IMG/VR virus record: IMGVR_UViG_3300032608_000446
Coordinates: 1-38,244 of that record
Length of the DNA stretch: 38,244 bases
Source: a virus
Lineage: Duplodnaviria; Caudoviricetes
Strand: one strand, 5' to 3'
Notes under the pieces: model-generated
The model's database searches: none
Seen by the model: only the letters and a program-made list of their open reading frames with translations
Told to the model about the DNA's origin: nothing
Program-made: the position numbers and the translations under genes
Shown here: piece after piece, positions 36,716 to 38,244 of the stretch
How positions within the stretch are numbered: position 1 is the stretch's first letter
How the letters are laid out: each line of letters begins with the position of its first letter

Positions 36716-37330
36716 ATGATCCAACACAAGTTTGGGCGATACCGAAATTATCTGCTAGCCCAGCGACGGGGCTCTAGTCGGGCCCCCAATCGCCAACCCG
36801 AGGCCAATCCGGAAGAGATCGCCACCATCGCCAAGGACATTCGTAGTAGAGGCATACTTATGCCGGATGGTATTTGTCATGGAAGTCGGTGCGGCACGGA
36901 GATAGATTTGTTTCATAGTTGCTTTGATACTTGTAATGAATCTTGCCTGGTGGTGGGTACTGATCTTGTGGCAAATGAACACCCAGACATGATAAAATGG
37001 GACTTCCAGAAACAGAAGGACGAGTGGGTGGGGGCGTTCGACTTCGTCTATTCCAACAGCCTTGACCATGCCAGCCATCCTAGGGGGACTTTGCGTCTTT
37101 GGTTGGACCAGCTTCAACCGAATGGCCGGCTGTATGTAAAGTGGACAAGTGATTATAAGCTGGAGAATCGACGGCTGCCGCATCCCGGTGGGGATTGCTT
37201 TGGGGCAAGCCTGGAGGAATATCTGTTGATGCTGAAAGAGGTTGGTTGGGTGGTTGATGTGCTTTATCTTGGGGGAGTTTCCAAGCGAATTCGTGTTGTT
37301 ATCGTGGTCAAGAAGAAGGAGAACGAATAA
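36716..37330 (+). CDS. Class I SAM-dependent methyltransferase
   Basis: GICHGSRCG.E, VGTDL, FDFVYSNSLDH..P...L..W..QL.PNGRL. Confidence 0.75.
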   Translation: MIQHKFGRYRNYLLAQRRGSSRAPNRQPEANPEEIATIAKDIRSRGILMPDGICHGSRCGTEIDLFHSCFDTCNESCLVVGTDLVANEHPDMIKWDFQKQKDEWVGAFDFVYSNSLDHASHPRGTLRLWLDQLQPNGRLYVKWTSDYKLENRRLPHPGGDCFGASLEEYLLMLKEVGWVVDVLYLGGVSKRIRVVIVVKKKENE

Positions 37331-38067
37331 TGTGTGCCTCACGTATGCTTCGCAGATCAGGAGTCGCCGTGGGCCTCGTGGCCGAGTCCCTCGGTTGGAA
37401 GGCCGATGTCATTTACCAGGTTGGCATCGGAGGAAAACACGAGGAAATGGATGTGTTGAAGGAGGAATGGCCGGATGTGGAGATCATCGGATGCGAACCC
37501 CATCCTGAAATGGATCTTAGCGGGGACAACTATCCTGGCATCGTCCATCCGGTGGCCCTTTCCAATTACGAGGGAGTTGCCAAGCTGTACAGCAAAAAAC
37601 GACACAAGGATGGATCATCCCTCCATCCGCACAACGAACGGGACGACGAGAACTACAAGACAATTGGGGTACCCGTCACAACTCTGGATCGGCTGTTCCC
37701 TAGAATCCTACCGGGGCGAGCGATGCTCTGGTTGGACTGCGAGGGGTCGGAGTTGGCCGTGATGCAGGGCGGGGCTATCTTCCTCAAGCACATGGACGTC
37801 GTCAATATCGAATTGACTGCTCGGCCTCCTGGGGTTGGCTGGGCTACCCCGGTACAGATGCATCAGCATTTGGTTGCGGCTGGCTTTTTTCTTCAACATT
37901 TGCATACTCAAAGGATCGACAGTGGCCAGAATGATGGGGTCTATGTTCGGCCCAAGCTGTTCAAGCCCGAGTATTGCTGTGTGCCCCATGAGATTATCCG
38001 GTGGGAAGAAGATAAAAAGTCTCTTCCCACTATGGATGAGTTGATGATAGAAAGGCACGGGGAATGA
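37330..38067 (+). CDS. FkbM-family O-methyltransferase
   Basis: VIYQVG.G, IIGCEP, VALSN, VPVTTLD, LWLDCEGSEL.V..G. Confidence 0.8.
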   Translation: MCASRMLRRSGVAVGLVAESLGWKADVIYQVGIGGKHEEMDVLKEEWPDVEIIGCEPHPEMDLSGDNYPGIVHPVALSNYEGVAKLYSKKRHKDGSSLHPHNERDDENYKTIGVPVTTLDRLFPRILPGRAMLWLDCEGSELAVMQGGAIFLKHMDVVNIELTARPPGVGWATPVQMHQHLVAAGFFLQHLHTQRIDSGQNDGVYVRPKLFKPEYCCVPHEIIRWEEDKKSLPTMDELMIERHGE

Positions 38068-38244
38068 ATTACGAAATCAATTACTTGCTCAGTGGCCGTC
38101 CACATCTTCCCTATTTGATCACGAGCCTCTACACCCTCAAAAATCATTGGGATGGGTCGGTGGTCATATTGGCCTGGAAAGAGTCGTTCGAGGTGGTCCA
38201 GGAAATAGCCGAGGACTATCAACGGGCAGGCATGAACATTCGAA
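38064..38244 (+). CDS. Probable glycosyltransferase N-terminus, 3'-truncated
   Basis: ATGA-coupled; MNYEINYLLSG..HLPYLITSLYTLKNHWDGSVVIL resembles GT8-like starts; open to the window end. Confidence 0.45.
   Translation, partial: MNYEINYLLSGRPHLPYLITSLYTLKNHWDGSVVILAWKESFEVVQEIAEDYQRAGMNIR

Larger units (their letters stand above)
1..38244 (+). mobile_element. Tailed phage/prophage segment (head, tail, accessory and glycan modules)
   Basis: Portal, MuF, HK97-type protease and capsid, neck, tail tube, frameshifted chaperone and tape measure genes, co-oriented with dense packing. No att sites, integrase or terminase in the window, so free phage vs prophage cannot be decided. Confidence 0.95.

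Noticed and set aside
1-38244. tRNA/rRNA genes, integrase, transposase, introns/inteins, reverse transcriptase/DGR
   Set aside because: No such motifs or adenine-specific TR/VR repeat pair noticed by eye; not excluded without tRNAscan/Infernal/HMM searches.

Overview
About 38 kb of a tailed dsDNA phage or prophage (Caudoviricetes, long non-contractile tail inferred). Genes are tightly packed and all on the + strand, many with ATGA/GTGA overlaps. Order: (i) envelope-targeted cassette (membrane-anchored Cys peptidase-like protein, small TM protein, lipoprotein, secreted CxxC protein); (ii) fibre/appendage-like genes including a LamG domain and two proteins sharing an AGYTD(T/S)LE repeat; (iii) head-tail adaptor and closure genes, unusually placed upstream of the portal; (iv) small genes plus HEXXH protease, metallophosphoesterase, HAD nucleotidase and dCMP-deaminase-like genes; (v) portal, MuF head protein with a C-terminal HEXXH toxin-like domain and a putative immunity gene; (vi) small-gene insert with a DUF5664-like dNTP diphosphohydrolase; (vii) poly-serine protein, HK97-type prohead protease, major capsid, neck/terminator, second poly-serine protein, tail tube, -1 frameshifted tail chaperone, tape measure, and tail-tip genes (third poly-serine protein); (viii) a glycan-synthesis cluster (NodZ-like fucosyltransferase, Maf/DUF115-like, cupin, GT-A, two methyltransferases, another probable GT) running off the window end. 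Best candidate for a new system: virion O-glycosylation, with poly-Ser tracts on three structural-module proteins as acceptors for the adjacent glycan cluster. Second: a recurring K-HxxxxHNQxxH peptide that may mark capsid cargo processed by the prohead protease. All product calls come from visual motif recognition; no database searches were run.
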